Shown here in pieces: positions 37,317 through 50,386 of a stretch of DNA of 60,981 nucleotides. The stretch is from assembly GCF_001194135.2 (NCBI RefSeq), contig NC_068982.1, positions 29,792,602 through 29,853,582 of the forward strand. Direction: 5' to 3'. The number at the start of each line of letters is the position of its first letter. The first letter of the stretch is position 1. Source of the DNA: Octopus bimaculoides (Eukaryota). Below the pieces are notes generated by a model that did not search any database, was not told where the DNA came from, and worked only from the letters and a program-made list of their open reading frames with translations. A program made the position numbers and the translations under genes.

Positions 37317-38605
37317 TCAGGTGATCCCATAAGTTCTGTCCGAATTTTGAATAAGGAAAACAAGTAATCAAATGTTATATTTAATTGAAATTTAATCATC
37401 AGTATACTTTCCCTGATTATCTATGACTTCCTTCCATCTATTTACAAGCTTTTTAATCCCATCAATGTAAAACTCTTTTGGTTTCAAAGCAAAGAACTCT
37501 GAAATGTCAGTTTCGACCTCCTCCTGGCTTGTGAAAGTTATGTCCCACAAATGATTCTGTAAACTACGAAACAAATGGTAATCTGAAGGAGCAAAGTCAG
37601 GAGATTATGGTGGATGAGGAATTTTTTTCTCAACCAAGCTCTTCGATCTTCTGTGATGTGATCTTTGCAGTGTGGGATCACGCATTGTCCTGATGAAACA
37701 TCATCCCTTTTCAATTCACTAAAGTGAGTCTTTTTTTCTTCAAAGCATGGTTCAAATGCTCTAATTGCTGACAGTAGACTTGAGCATTGATTGTTGCATT
37801 AGGTGGTAACAATTCAAAGTGAATTACTCCTTTGCAATCCCACCAGGTAGTGAAAAGAACCTTTTTTCCATGAAGTTTCCTTCTCAGTTGTGGTTGAGTT
37901 TTTTCCCTTTTACCAAACCACTGTTTACGACATTTAACATTTCGACAGAAGATCCATTTTTTGTCACTGGTCACAAGTCTATCCAAAAAGGGTGAAATGA
38001 GTTTGCGAGAATGGAGAGAAGAGCAGATGTGAACTCGGGATTTGTGGTTGCTTTCAGACAATTCATGAGGCATCCATTTTCCAAGTTTAGGAACCTTTCC
38101 AAGTTGTTGAAGATGACGATGAACAGTTGTATTGTTTGAACTAAGCTTTATTGCTAATTCTTCAACTGATAATGCAGGATTTTCTTCAAGTAATGCCTCA
38201 AGGAGCTTATCATCAAACTCAACTGGATGTCCTGTTTGATCTTCATCTTCAAGGCTGAAATCTCCACTTTTGAATTTTGAAAACCATCTTCTGCAAGTTC
38301 TTTCATTCAAGCATTCTTTCCCATAAACAGAGTGTATGTTTCAAGTCACTTCAGTTGCATAGTTTCCTTTTTTGTAGTCATAAATCATTATGTGCCTTAG
38401 ATGTTCTTTGGATACTTCCATGTTAGAAAGGGTTTTAATCAAAGAAATTTTAATTTTGTTATTCTGTAAAATAATATTTAATTAGCTTAAATGTACACAA
38501 ATGCATAAAAATAATTTTTAATTCCATTAGACGTTCTAAAATATCATTAAATTTCATTCAATTTTAAAGAAGGTAAAATTGGACAGAAATTATGGGATGA
38601 CCTGA
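37317..38605 (-). mobile_element. Full-size (1289 bp) mariner DD34D transposon, pseudogenised
   Basis: TA TSDs; ~30-bp TIRs tcaggtgatcccataagttctgtccgaatttt and aaaattggacagaaattatgggatgacctga. Confidence 0.95.
37392..38421 (-). pseudogene. Mariner transposase with frameshifts and nonsense codons
   Basis: MEVSKEHLRHIM...NERTCRRWFSKFKSGDFSLED...WMPHEL...LVTSDKKW...FHQDNA*...PHPP*SPDFAPSDYHLFRSLQNHL...GIKKLVNRWKEVIDNQGKYTDD*. Confidence 0.93.
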
Positions 38606-38811
38606 TATATATATATATATATCCAAATAGAGGTTATAATAAGCCTCTTGAAGGGATGATATCATCTAAGGAAATACTGGTTCAATACCTAATATTTTGG
38701 TGGGAGGTTAATAACCATAAAACAATAGGTCTATATATAAACTCTTATTAACGCTGATTATAAACTCTTATTAACTTCAATATCTCTGTTTTCTTATTAT
38801 TCATTTACATC

Positions 38812-38844
<33 letters not shown>

Positions 38845-39109
38845 CTGTCACATGGGACCTTGAAGAATGCTAGAAAGCAGGAAAGTATACTAGTCCTTCA
38901 ATATTCAATATTTAATATTCAATAAGACATTCAATACTTCATTTCATTTTACTATATATACTATATATTCCATATTCTATATCCCACATTAATTTTATGA
39001 GAATATAAATAAAACATAAAAAAAACAGACAGAGTTGGAATTCTTTTGAATAATATATTCCTCTATACACTATCATACAAACCCTTTTTTAATTTTTTTA
39101 TTTTTATTT

Positions 39110-39147
<38 letters not shown>

Positions 39148-39189
39148 CATATATACACACACACCCACATGTGTGTGTGTGTGTGTGTG

Positions 39190-39365
39190 TGTGTCTGTCT
39201 GTATTACAGGCTTTTTTCTATTTCCTTCTACCAAATCCGCTCACAAGGCTTTGTTTGGTATGGAACTATAGTAAAAGACACCTGCCCGAAGTGCTAAGCA
39301 GTGGCATTGAAGCTGAAACCATATGATTGTGAAGCAAACTTCTCAATCATATAGCCATATCTGCA
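39190..39365 (-). mobile_element. SINE family A 5' half
   Basis: ccttctaccaaatccgctcacaaggctttg...gaagcaaacttctcaatcatatagcc. Confidence 0.75.
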
Positions 39366-39786
39366 TCTCATAGAGAAGATAGAAAAGGATGCATAACACA
39401 CATAAGAGAAATTAGATTATAATATTCCTTATGTAAGTATCTATACCTATAACTATGAGACCTACCATTTGAAGGTCGTTCTCATTTGACCCTCAGAAAT
39501 TATGTTAAACCTACTTATATTTCTGAAATGCATCAGTATGTATGCTATTGTGCATGTGTGTGTGTGCATGCGTAAGAGTGTGTTTTGTGTTCGTTTTGCA
39601 ATAATAAATAATGGTTTAGAGGTAGTTTTGACATTCCTATTCACGATATTTTTGTATTTACTTTTGTTGATAGCAATAAATTTCCTAGACTGATCGATGT
39701 TTATCATTCAAGATCGTCTTGATCATAACTTCTGAATGAACTGGTATTAATGATGGTTATCTATAATATCTATTTCATACACACAC

Positions 39787-39859
<73 letters not shown>

Positions 39860-39889
39860 TGTATGTATGTGTGTGTATGTGTACCATCA

Positions 39890-40231
39890 TCCTCATCATT
39901 TAATGTCCGTTGTCCATGTTGGCATGGTTTTCTATGGCTGGATGCCCTTCCTAACACCAACTACTCCGAGGGTGTAATGGGTGCTTTTACATTCCACCAG
40001 CATGAGTGCCATTTGCATTACACTGAGGTGTGTTTACCTACCCATAACTTAACGGTTCAGCCAAAAAAGACTGATACAATAAGTACTAGGCTTACAAAGA
40101 ACAAGTCCTGGGGTCAATTTGTTCAACTAAAGGCAGTGCTCCAGCATGGCCGCAGTCACTTGACTGTAACTAGTAAAAGAATAAAAGAATATATATATAT
40201 ATGTGTATGTGTTTTTTTCGTACATTCTCCC

Positions 40232-40262
<31 letters not shown>

Positions 40263-40340
40263 GTATACATACTACTATAGCTCTGGACTGACCAAAGCTT
40301 TATGAGAGAATTTTATAGACAGAAACTGAAAAAGAGCATC
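39890..40340. mobile_element. RTE 3' end (-; 39890-40020) and SINE A fragments (+; 40040-40190, 40270-40340)
   Basis: Match to in-window consensus sequences. Confidence 0.7.
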
Positions 40341-40436
40341 ATGCGTGTGTCTGTCTGTCTGTCTGTCAGTATGCATGTGTGTGTAACATGTAAGCATGTG
40401 TGTATGAGTGTGTGTGTGTGTATATATTTTTATATA

Positions 40437-41437
40437 TTGGGCCATCTCATAAATAATGCAGTTTTTCTAAATTGCATGAACTAAAAGTTGGAAGGAGATG
40501 GGATAAACTACCTGTATTAACTTGCTATAAAAGCAGGTAGTAATTTTAACTTGGCCTTATTCTTAGTGGAAGTTTTGAAGAGTGCAGTTCGATTTTAACA
40601 GTTATTTTTTCATAGCTATAATGGAAGTGACAAAGGAGTATATTCAGCATATTTTGCTTTATAATTTCCATAAAGGCAACAACGCAATGGAAAGTGTGAG
40701 GAATATTAATGCAATATATGGGGATCGGACAATAAGCGTAAGCCAATGTCAGCAGTGAGTCCAAAAATTCTGAGCCGGTAACTACAACCTAGAAGATCTG
40801 TAGAACTTGACAAGGATGTCCTGCAAACCCTGGTGGAACAAAATCCCATCATAACTGTTGTGGAACTAGCAGAGAAGCTTGGATTAGGCCATTCATTGAC
40901 GCCTGTGTGCCATTGAAAAAGTCAGCAAAATGGATCAATGGGTTCCTCAGTGAATGTGAGGTCTTTCTTGCTGTCATGTCTCACGAATGAACCTTTTTTG
41001 GACTGAATAGTGACTGGTGACAAGAAGTGGGCTCTCTATAAAATGTCAGGTGCAAAAAACAGTGGGTAAGAGAAACACCCAAGGCTAAAAGGAAGGCCTT
41101 GACCCATGTAAGGTGTTGTTATCTGGTTGGTGTGATATGAAAGGTTTAGTCCACTTTAAACTTTTAAACCTAAACCAAATGATAACAAAGGAAATCTACT
41201 ATGAGCAGCTTGTGTGGCTTAAGTTAGCGCTAGACGAAAAATGACCATCTTTGGTTTTATGACAAAAAGTGTTCTTTCATCAGGATAAAGCTTGGCCCCA
41301 TACTGCAAGAATGACTTTCCAAAGGCTTGAGCAGTTTGAATGGGAAACGATGCCCCACCCACAATATTCGCCAGACATTGCTCCATCTGATTATCATTTA
41401 TTCCTCATAAAAACTGCATTTTTATGAGGTGACCCAA
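40437..41437 (+). mobile_element. Internally deleted mariner (1001 bp) of a second subfamily
   Basis: TIRs ttgggccatctcataaataatgcagttttt and aaaaactgcatttttatgaggtgacccaa; transposase from ATG 40621 MEVTKEYIQHILLYNFHKGN...VTGDKKW...FHQDKAWPH...YSPDIAPSDYHLF, which then runs straight into the right TIR. Confidence 0.9.
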
Positions 41438-41486
41438 AACACACTCACACACACACACACACACAAACACATATCTGTATGCACAC

Positions 41487-41643
41487 AGGTAAGTGGTTGT
41501 TTGGTAGGAAGCTTATTTCCCAGCCATATGGTTCCAGGTTCAGTCACACTGTGTGGCACCTTGGGCAAGTATCTTTTACTATAACCTTGGGCTGACCAAA
41601 GGTTTGTGAATGGATTTGATAGACAGATACTGAAAGAAGCCTG

Positions 41644-41700
<57 letters not shown>

Positions 41701-41920
41701 CATATATGCATGTGTGTGAGTGTGTGTCCCACCACCACTTGACAGCTAGTATTGTTGTCTTTACATCCCAATAATGTAGCGACTTGACAAAAATGCCCGA
41801 TAGAATGACCAGGTTTAAAAAAAGATAAATAAAAGTACTGCTGTCGATTCATTCAACTAAAAATCCTTTCAAGGTGGTGCCCCAACATGGCCGCAGTCTA
41901 ATGACTGAAACGAGTAAAAG
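41487..41920 (+). mobile_element. SINE family A, full length
   Basis: Head, internal (TA)n and tail tgactgaaacgagtaaaag. Confidence 0.85.
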
Positions 41921-43431
41921 TATCATTTTTGAAAATGTTATTGAATAAAGTTGCAAATGCATCCAATCATAGAAACAAGTCAGATTAATAAGTTGGGTTT
42001 TGACTTATACAACAGCAAATGTACAATTGTTGTAGCCAATATCACCATGTACGGTGAATTTGGTTGCTTTGATCCATCAAAATTCAACAGCTTCACTAAT
42101 CAATTTGTTTCTACATTATCTGGTTTCAGTTGCATAAATGTTGTCAACAAAGTTGTTTGTCATTTTATGCACAATGTTATATTTGATATTGTTTCAGTCA
42201 TGTGACTCTCAATTTGGTAAATTTGACAGAGTCTGATTTATCTTCTACTCAAACATTTTCCATAGAATTTCAAGAGTTGGAGACAGAATATAGTACATAC
42301 TTCAAGAGGATTGGTAATCCTGGTTACATAAGGAGAGACCCATTATTAGCTAGACCTAGAACTAATTTGCCATAATTAATTTAAGCTCTGAATGAACCAA
42401 TTAGCTTACAATTCGACGACCTTCACCTGATAGTTCCTGTTCTGGCAAACATTGATTGCCTGTTACATTTGGTGTTGATATGGGAACTGGTTGTTTCTTA
42501 AAATTAAAACTGTTTGACTTCAGTATTCACAGCAAAAACCCTCAAAGGAATGTGCAATATTTTGTGGTAACAAAATGCAATCCACGTAGCAACATTTATT
42601 AACTCTTAATAACATTTAATAACTAGAGTTTGTTGCTGACTGGTTGACAATACTTAAATAGAATAAACCTCCACGACCTCAGTTTGAAGCACCAGACCAG
42701 TGCACCCAAGTTGTAATGAGAATGCAGGTACAAGTATTATAAGTTAAAGTTGGATCCATTAATAATCCTCAGCCAGAGATTATTGGCGTTTCTTTAACAT
42801 ATGGAAAACCAAATACAATATCATTACACTATAATGACCTCGTGTGTGATCTGACAAACTATGAAAAAAAGTACAGTTTTGAACTGGTAATGTCTGTAGC
42901 TTTTCAAAATGTTTCTGAGCCAGCTTTGGAATATTTTACAAGATCTCCCCCACAAAAAGGTGGATTAGAATTTGATTTCTTCTATCCTTTCTGTTCAAGT
43001 GGTTCCGTAAAGAACAATGAGCAAGTCTCAACAATATATCCTACAATATTTGCCATATTTCAGGTGTTTCTTTTGCTATGGAAATTGTCTGCTTTTCAAA
43101 AATATTCCCACAAATCTAGGTTGATCTTCAAGAAAACATTCTTGGACATCTCTCTTGTCTTTTTAGACATGCCCTCCATAATTCAGGACAATATTCGGTC
43201 AGATTTCTATAAATTTCATTCTGTCTCATGAGGTGCTGGACACAAATATCCTGCTGTATATAGTGAATTGGTTATCATTTAATTTTAGTTGAAGGTTTTA
43301 ATTCATAACTCTTTATAACATATTTACAAGAACGGTCTGTTTTATATTCATAACAAAGATGTCAAAAGTATTGAGCAAGATGTCATCCCCTTACCTGTTT
43401 AGGAGGGCAGTGAGAACAGACTTGGTCCATG

Positions 43432-43462
<31 letters not shown>

Positions 43463-43508
43463 GTGAGTAGACAGACAGAGAGACAGATAGATAGATAGAC
43501 AGACAGAG
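43432..43508. repeat. (GATA)n/(GACA)n microsatellite
   Basis: Read directly from the sequence. Confidence 0.9.
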
Positions 43509-43745
43509 ATTTCTTGAGTTGGCTTACGTACCGCTATATGTCCATCAAATTCGAGAATGAGTAAAAACAGAAAAATATAGATATAAATTTCATGCTCTTA
43601 GCCTAGATTTTTGGGACCAGCCAGATTTGAACAGTCTCTGCCTGAATATTTTATTGTCATCCGTTGAATTCTTGTTTCATCTTTTGAATTTATATGTACA
43701 TATAGCGGTGTATGCACACTTTTGCTTACCTGATANNNNNNNNNN

Positions 43746-44160
43746 GTGGGTGCTTTTACGTGCCACCGGCACAAAGGCCAGTCGGGCGGTACTGGCAACA
43801 GCCACGCTCAAAATGGTGTATTTTATGTGCCACCCGCACAAGAGCCAGTCCAGGGGCACTGGTAAACGATCTCTCTCAAAAGTCCTTACACATGCCGCGG
43901 GCACAAGTGCCAGAAAGACGACGCTGGGCACAGGTGCCATCATGATTTCACTTTCGCTTGCCCCAATAAGTCTTCGCAAGCTGAGTTTCATGTCCAATGA
44001 AGGAGACGACGTAGGCATGGGTGCCAGTCGTTGAATTTAACTCGATTTCGATTTCATTTGCCTCAACAGGTCTTCGCAAGTGGAGTTTAGTGTCCAATGA
44101 AGGAAAGTACGCATAAGTGGACTGGCTGAGGAATTAGATTTAGGTCTCACTTGGCTTGAG
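43746..44160 (-). mobile_element. Young RTE family D 3' UTR (longer fragment)
   Basis: gtgggtgcttttacgtgccaccggcac...gtcttcgcaagctgagtttcatgtccaatgaagg, with an internal duplication. Confidence 0.8.
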
Positions 44161-44312
44161 AAATAAATTTATTTCTGTTCTTACAATACATCTCAACGCT
44201 TCTAAAAATGAACAAACTTTGTTTGTATACTTTCATCGTAAAGTTGAATTTAACGTTAGCGTCTTATGAAGCTAAATTTATAAGTTCTAAAATTGCAGAA
44301 GAATTCGTTGCT

Positions 44313-44385
44313 GGGAAGTTTAGTTTAGTGGTAAAACACTTGACGCGTAATCACAGAGATGTGAGTTCGAGTCTCAGTAGTGTAT
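44313..44385 (+). other. tRNA-like pseudogene or solitary SINE head (Thr-CGT-like loop)
   Basis: A-box-like tagtttagtggtaaa, loop gcgtaa, B-box gagttcgagtc; acceptor and anticodon stems pair poorly. Confidence 0.35.
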
Positions 44386-44930
44386 TTTTCTGCAATAAAT
44401 GGATAATTTATCCTGATTACACTATTTATAGCATTATCATGTGTTTGAGAAATNNNNNNNNNNNNNNNNNNNNNNNNNNNNNNNNNNNNNNNNNNNNNNN
44501 NNNNNNNNNNNNNNNNNNNNNNNNNNNNNNNNNNNNNNNNNNNNNNNNNNNNNNNNNNNNNNNNNNNNNNNNNNNNNNNNNNNNNNNNNNNNNNNNNNNN
44601 NNNNNNNNNNNNNNNNNNNNNNNNNNNNNNNNNNNNNNNNNNNNNNNNNNNNNNNNNNNNNNNNNNNNNNNNNNNNNNNNNNNNNNNNNNNNNNNNNNNN
44701 NNNNNNNNNNNNNNNNNNNNNNNNNNNNNNNNNNNNNNNNNNNNNNNNNNNNNNNNNNNNNNNNNNNNNNNNNNNNNNNNNNNNNNNNNNNNNNNNNNNN
44801 NNNNNNNNNNNNNNNNNNNNNNNNNNNNNNNNNNNNNNNNNNNNNNNNNNNNNNNNNNNNNNNNNNNNNNNNNNNNNNNNNNNNNNNNNNNNNNNNNNNN
44901 NNNNNNNNNNNNNNNNNNNNNNNNNNNNNN

Positions 44931-44985
<55 letters not shown>

Positions 44986-45779
44986 TATATATTAATTGAC
45001 TACATAATAAAATTGAAGTGAGACAATCCATTAGTTGACAGCTGTTTCATAATCTGTGTTAGTTACATAAGCACTACATCATCTGTCATCCATATATATC
45101 AATAGTCGATTCGAGATGGGCTGATGGCTCCTATGAATACATCACAGTGACTGCAAGCAACATCATAACATATGCCACCACCACCACCACCACCATCTTC
45201 CACCACCACCACCATCTTCTACCACCACTGCCACCACCATGTGAAAATTATATCCCAACAAACCACGACCAGCAGTTGGAGAGTTGCTGCTGCTGCTAAC
45301 CCACGTGTTGGGTAGTTTTTAAAAAAATAATGAAATCAATGTAAATACACAATTCTTAGATTGCTTCCGTCAGACGATAGCCCTTTGTGCTCAAAATATA
45401 AAAAGTTCTTTTTGTAAAAATTTCTGCGTAGTTAATAGCATTCCTTATCTCCCCTTTTCTTTTATTTTCTACTTCTGTACTATGATGCTTCAAGTGAACT
45501 ACAATGCTCATATGTGTTTGTGTGTGTGTGCGTGTGTGTGTGAGTAGGTGTGTGTATTATCTTCCTTTCAACTTCTACTTCCTTTTCTTTCTCTAACAGT
45601 TACAACAGTGAAAGCTGGTTACATCATCTTCTCTAAACTAGAATTTATACTTTCCAAGTTCATATTTGAAATTTTGCGTTTCAATAATTTTTCTCTGATT
45701 TTACACATTCTCGAATTTGATGGACATATAGCAGTACATACGCCGACTCAAGAAATCTCTAGTGAGACTTTTTATTGAT

Positions 45780-45821
45780 GTACCCGAAGAGACCCAGAAT
45801 GGGTTGAAACATGAGTTGTAC
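45780..45821 (+). ncRNA. Minimal type-I hammerhead-ribozyme-like motif (Penelope pLTR type), one core substitution
   Basis: gtac-cCgaaga-gaccc-agaat-gggtt-gaaac-atga-gtt-gtac, followed by aataaa. Confidence 0.45.
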
Positions 45822-46598
45822 CCAATAAAGTCTATTACACATTCCATCTCCTATTTTATTAATATTGTTACCCCAACCGCCACTACAAAGTTCCTGCAGC
45901 AAATATACAGATACCAACAGGTAATCAAAACTGTGCCGGTGCTTTACTTATCATCCATATATACATTTTGTACAATTTCTTCATTATATATATATATATA
46001 TATCTATATATCTATACATATATATCCATATATGAATATATACATATGTACATATATATGTGTATGTGTGTATCTACACCCATAACTATAACTGTTCAGT
46101 AACATAATGAACAGACTATACTTCAGAACATTCCATGGTGGGTTAAAATGCATTTATACTTATATACATACACATGCAAAAATATAGACATACATGTATG
46201 TATTCATGCATGTATATATTAGTTCCAGTATAAATCTTAAGGCTGAACTTACAGGAATAGTGTAGCCATCTTCTCCGCAGAGCACAATTTGAAGTTCTTC
46301 TGCTGCTTGTATGCCTTAATGTAGACTATAACTTGTTTGATTACATACTCCAGTTGTAATCTGGATTATGTAATCTCAACCTATTTTTTACACAAATGTC
46401 TGCAACAACATTAATATCATACCCAAATCTTACACTGGCTTCACAAAGAACACTTTGAAATCTCGATTCCAGCAAGATATCTGTTCATTCAGAAACATGA
46501 GCAGAAAAGTAAACACCAGCTTGTCTGAATGTCTGAATATATAGGGTCACTGAAAGACCAGCAGAACATCAAACTTGAGATCAAACAAAAAATTTCAG

Positions 46599-46670
<72 letters not shown>

Positions 46671-46678
46671 GCACACAC

Positions 46679-47108
46679 ATAGGTGCAGGTGTAGCTGTGT
46701 GGTAAGAAGTTTGCTTACCAGCCACATGGTTCTGGGTTCAGTCCCACAGCATAGCATTTGAGCAAGTGTCTTCTACTAAAGCTTCAGACCAACCAAAGCC
46801 TTGTGAATGGATTTGGTAGATGGAAACTGAAAGAATCCCATCACATATATATACATATACATATGTGTATATATATATCTATGTGTGTGTATCTCTGTGT
46901 CTGTGTTTGTTCCCCATCACCATTTGACAACCGGTGGTGGTGTATTTACATCCCTGTAACTTAGTAGTTCAGCAAAAGAGACTGACAGAATAAGAACTAG
47001 GCTTCAATATAAAAAGTCCTAGAGTCGATTTGTTTGACTAAAACCCTTCAAGGTGGTGTCCTAGCATGGCCACAGTCAAGCGAGTGAAACAAGTAAAAGA
47101 TAAAAGAT
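46679..47108 (+). mobile_element. SINE family A, full length
   Basis: ataggtgcaggtgtagctgtgtggtaagaag...gagtgaaacaagtaaaagataaaaga. Confidence 0.85.
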
Positions 47109-47499
47109 GAATATATATATTCGCCATTAAAGTTTGCTGAGCCATCCATAGAGCTAAGTGCTTTATGGATGCAAAATCATTGGTCACTCTATGATTGGAC
47201 ATACCTTTAACTGTATTTATATGTATATATATCAAATACTATACAACATAAATTTGTGATTTATTAAAATTCTCTCCAACTTTAGAATTGGCGATTGAGA
47301 CCAGCTCTATATAAGAAGGGGAGATAATCTCACAAATCAAGAACTCTCCAAAGTTGACATGCCATGATTCTCCTGTTATCAATGGAAGAGGTTAAAAACA
47401 ATTTTCATGTTCTTTGACAATATTTTGTACAAGTATGCATTTCATTTTGTTCACATTTTTTTTTTTTTCATAATTACTGTTAATATTTGAATTTGCATT

Positions 47500-48090
47500 A
47501 AGTTACATGCAAATTTCACTTGAATTTCTTTGTCTGATAGTATTCTAGCACTTTAATGGAAAATTGTTCAAATACAAGTAGCTTATTCTAACATGCATCA
47601 TTCTTCAGAAGAAATAATGAAAAAAAAAAAAAACTATATTTTTTGTGTTGAAATTCTTAAAACAACTTCTGAATTTCTGTCTACTTGCTTTCTAGCATTT
47701 TCCGAAAAACCTGTTGAGATACAAGTAGCTTTTTTCAACATGCAATTATATTTTAATTGAAATTAAAAAGGAAAACTTTATTTTTCAAGTTATTTTCTCT
47801 TGATTTTACATTGAAATCCCTCAAACAACCTCTGGATTTCTTTGTATACTCCTATTTTGGCATTTTACCAAAAGCCTATTGAAATACAAGTTACTTTTTT
47901 TATCATGTCCAATTCTTCAATGGAAATTAAAAAAAAAAAAACCTGTTTCCTTCAATTTTTTTTCACTATATTTTTGCAAACTTCATAATTAACTTAAGTT
48001 CATATTTTTGAATGATTATTTATATTTCCACAAGATCACATGCACATTTTACCTTGAAATACTCCAAAACAATTTTTGAATTGCATTTTT
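47500..48090 (+). repeat. Degenerate ~150-bp AT-rich tandem repeat (3-4 copies) upstream of the hAT transposase
   Basis: aaatacaagtagctt-like motif at ~47572, 47718 and 47882; ttgaaat...aaacaac...gaattt motif at ~47649, 47812 and 48054. Confidence 0.65.
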
Positions 48091-48337
48091 ATTTATCCGT
48101 ATATTTGTAATAATATAATTAGTGAATTGTCATTGTAATAAATGGCTATTTTATTCTTTTAATGCTTGGAATTCATTTGTTTTCATATGACAAGAACAAC
48201 AAGCATTTAACAACATGACAGCAGCTTTTACATGGAACTATATTATGATATTTACTCTTCCGTTAATTGACCATAAAATGAATGTTCATTTGATAATTTT
48301 CCATGTAGGGCATATGTGGTTTTGATGCATTTCCTCA

Positions 48338-48795
48338 TTGCTTATTTACAGTTTAAATTCCAACAATAAAGCCCCAGGAAAACAATGTAATTTCGAAGAA
48401 AAATTTCAAGAACTGATTCAAGACAAGCTCAAAATGAAAGAAAATTCTTTGACAATTTCAATGAATGATAACCTTTTATGGAAGCAAGAATTGCTTGAAC
48501 ATCAAACTTCAATATTTGTATGTGATAAAATTCCAAAGACTGTGAAGGACGAAAGAAGAACTCTGGCAGATTGCTGGAATATGGCTGAGAAGTTCAATAG
48601 GTTACTCATTATCAACAAGAAACCAGGTTGTGATTACTGCTCAACAATTGAGCCCATAGGCATCAAGAGAATCCAGATTTGAAGTGAATGAAGAAGTTGC
48701 AATGTTGAAGAATTGGAACCAAATAAAGTCATCTTGCAGGCAACTTTTAGAATAAAAAGTAAAATAAAAAGTACAACTATTTCTCATCAAAATTA
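48338..48795 (+). pseudogene. hAT (KIAA1586-like) transposase, N-terminal part
   Basis: LADCWNMAEKFNRLLIINKKPGCDYCSTI...LQATFRIK...YFSSK resembles PDCW.....L...N.KLGC..C...QASLRKKM.EHFSSKAH. Confidence 0.65.
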
Positions 48796-49506
48796 GATCC
48801 TTCACCCCAACCTATTCTATGACATCTATCTAATTTAACTCCTGACCAAAATTAAGGCAGTTAAGTTCATTGAAAAGTATCATACTCTGCTACAATTTGA
48901 GATATCACAGGGGTAAAAGAAGTTATGATGAGATGTGCTCAAAGATGGGAGAGTAATGCATTGATGCAACTTCTCAGATGTACTATTTTCCTTACTTCTG
49001 TAGTTTTTTTGTTTTAATTACCTTTAAATAAGAAAAATCTAATTGAAAAGGGCATACCTACACAAGAATGCCCCACACTGCCTGATTTTGTTTACTCTCA
49101 CAAAAATGGTTATTTTTAATGCAATTTCCTACATATACATTGAAGATGATGTAGATTATGATTATATTGGCATTTAATGTAAAAAGAATTGCTCATTGTG
49201 TGCACATACATACATCACACATGTCACAATTCTTTCAAAATTTCACATTATGTTTTATAGATATATATGATGTGTATCAGTATGTACACCCAACATTTTT
49301 TTTTTTCATTTTTCCACATTACCTTCCAATATAATTGTAATCTACATCATCTCAAAACTATTAAAATAAAATTTCATTAAAAATACTATAGATGACTTCA
49401 TTTTTGTATTTGGTTTGCAAGATTCTTTATGTGAATTCATGTGTTGAAACAAATTTTATTGTGTCTAGGGAGAGTCATTATGCCAATATAATTAACACAC
49501 ACACTC

Positions 49507-49656
49507 GTTCAATTCCACTCCTTTTCTTTATTATTAGTCAATTGGTTAAACATCCAACTAATTTGTTTTGTTTTTGTTTGTTGGTTGCTATATAAAAAGA
49601 ATTAGTTGCATGTTTAACCAATTGAGTAATAATAAAGAAAAGGAATAAAATTGAAC
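49507..49656. repeat. Foldback or MITE-like element with 57-bp imperfect arms
   Basis: 49507-49563 is the reverse complement of 49600-49656 (about 5 mismatches); 36-nt spacer. Confidence 0.85.
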
Positions 49657-49671
49657 CAGAGGGCAAGAATA

Positions 49672-49864
49672 TAGACATTGAATGATGGCAATGATGATGA
49701 TGATGTACCGATTGTGACATGATTTTCAAATTTAGCCTGATGAAGCTCTCTAACTGTCCAGCTCTTGTTAAACCACACCAACCCATGCCAGCATGGAAAA
49801 CAGACATAGAATGATGGCAATGATGAGGATGATGTACCGATTGTGACATGATTTTCAATTTTAG
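49672..49864 (+). repeat. ~63-bp direct repeats flanking an RTE tail fragment
   Basis: agacat(t/a)gaatgatggcaatgatga..atgatgtaccgattgtgacatgattttcaa.tttag at 49672-49734 and 49802-49864. Confidence 0.8.
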
Positions 49865-50170
49865 ACCCAGTGCTGGCTTAAGGCATGGGGACACTGGGCA
49901 GTTGCCCATCAGCCTCATGAGTCTACAGGCCCAATTCTGATCTATGTATGTTGTGGCTTGCTGTCAACAGATGAATACTATAAGGCTTAATGCACTAATT
50001 TGCTTTGGGATCTATAATATTGGCATAATGACTCTCCCCAGACACAACAAAAAGTAGTATAGATGAGCTTTAGCTTCCTTATAAAACCTAAATGAGGGCC
50101 TCTAATGCTGAAAATCCTTCCTTATAATTATGATGACGAGGATTATGAAATGAAAATTGGTCAAATTTAA

Positions 50171-50386
50171 CCCTTTTGTTATCAAATTTCGGGAAAAAAA
50201 TACACGGTTTTACTTTCAGTTAATTTTGCAAGTAATGAATATAGTAAAATAACTCCATCATTATTAAACTGATATTTGGAACATAATATAACATGATAGG
50301 TTAAAAGGAAATTTTAGATCACTTTAAAACTTTAGGCCTGTAACATGAAACCAAGAGCAGCCTTGAGCAGTTTAGTATCAAAAGGG
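50171..50386. mobile_element. piggyBac-type MITE
   Basis: TTAA TSDs (50167-50170, 50387-50390); TIRs cccttttgttatcaaa and tttagtatcaaaaggg. Confidence 0.85.
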
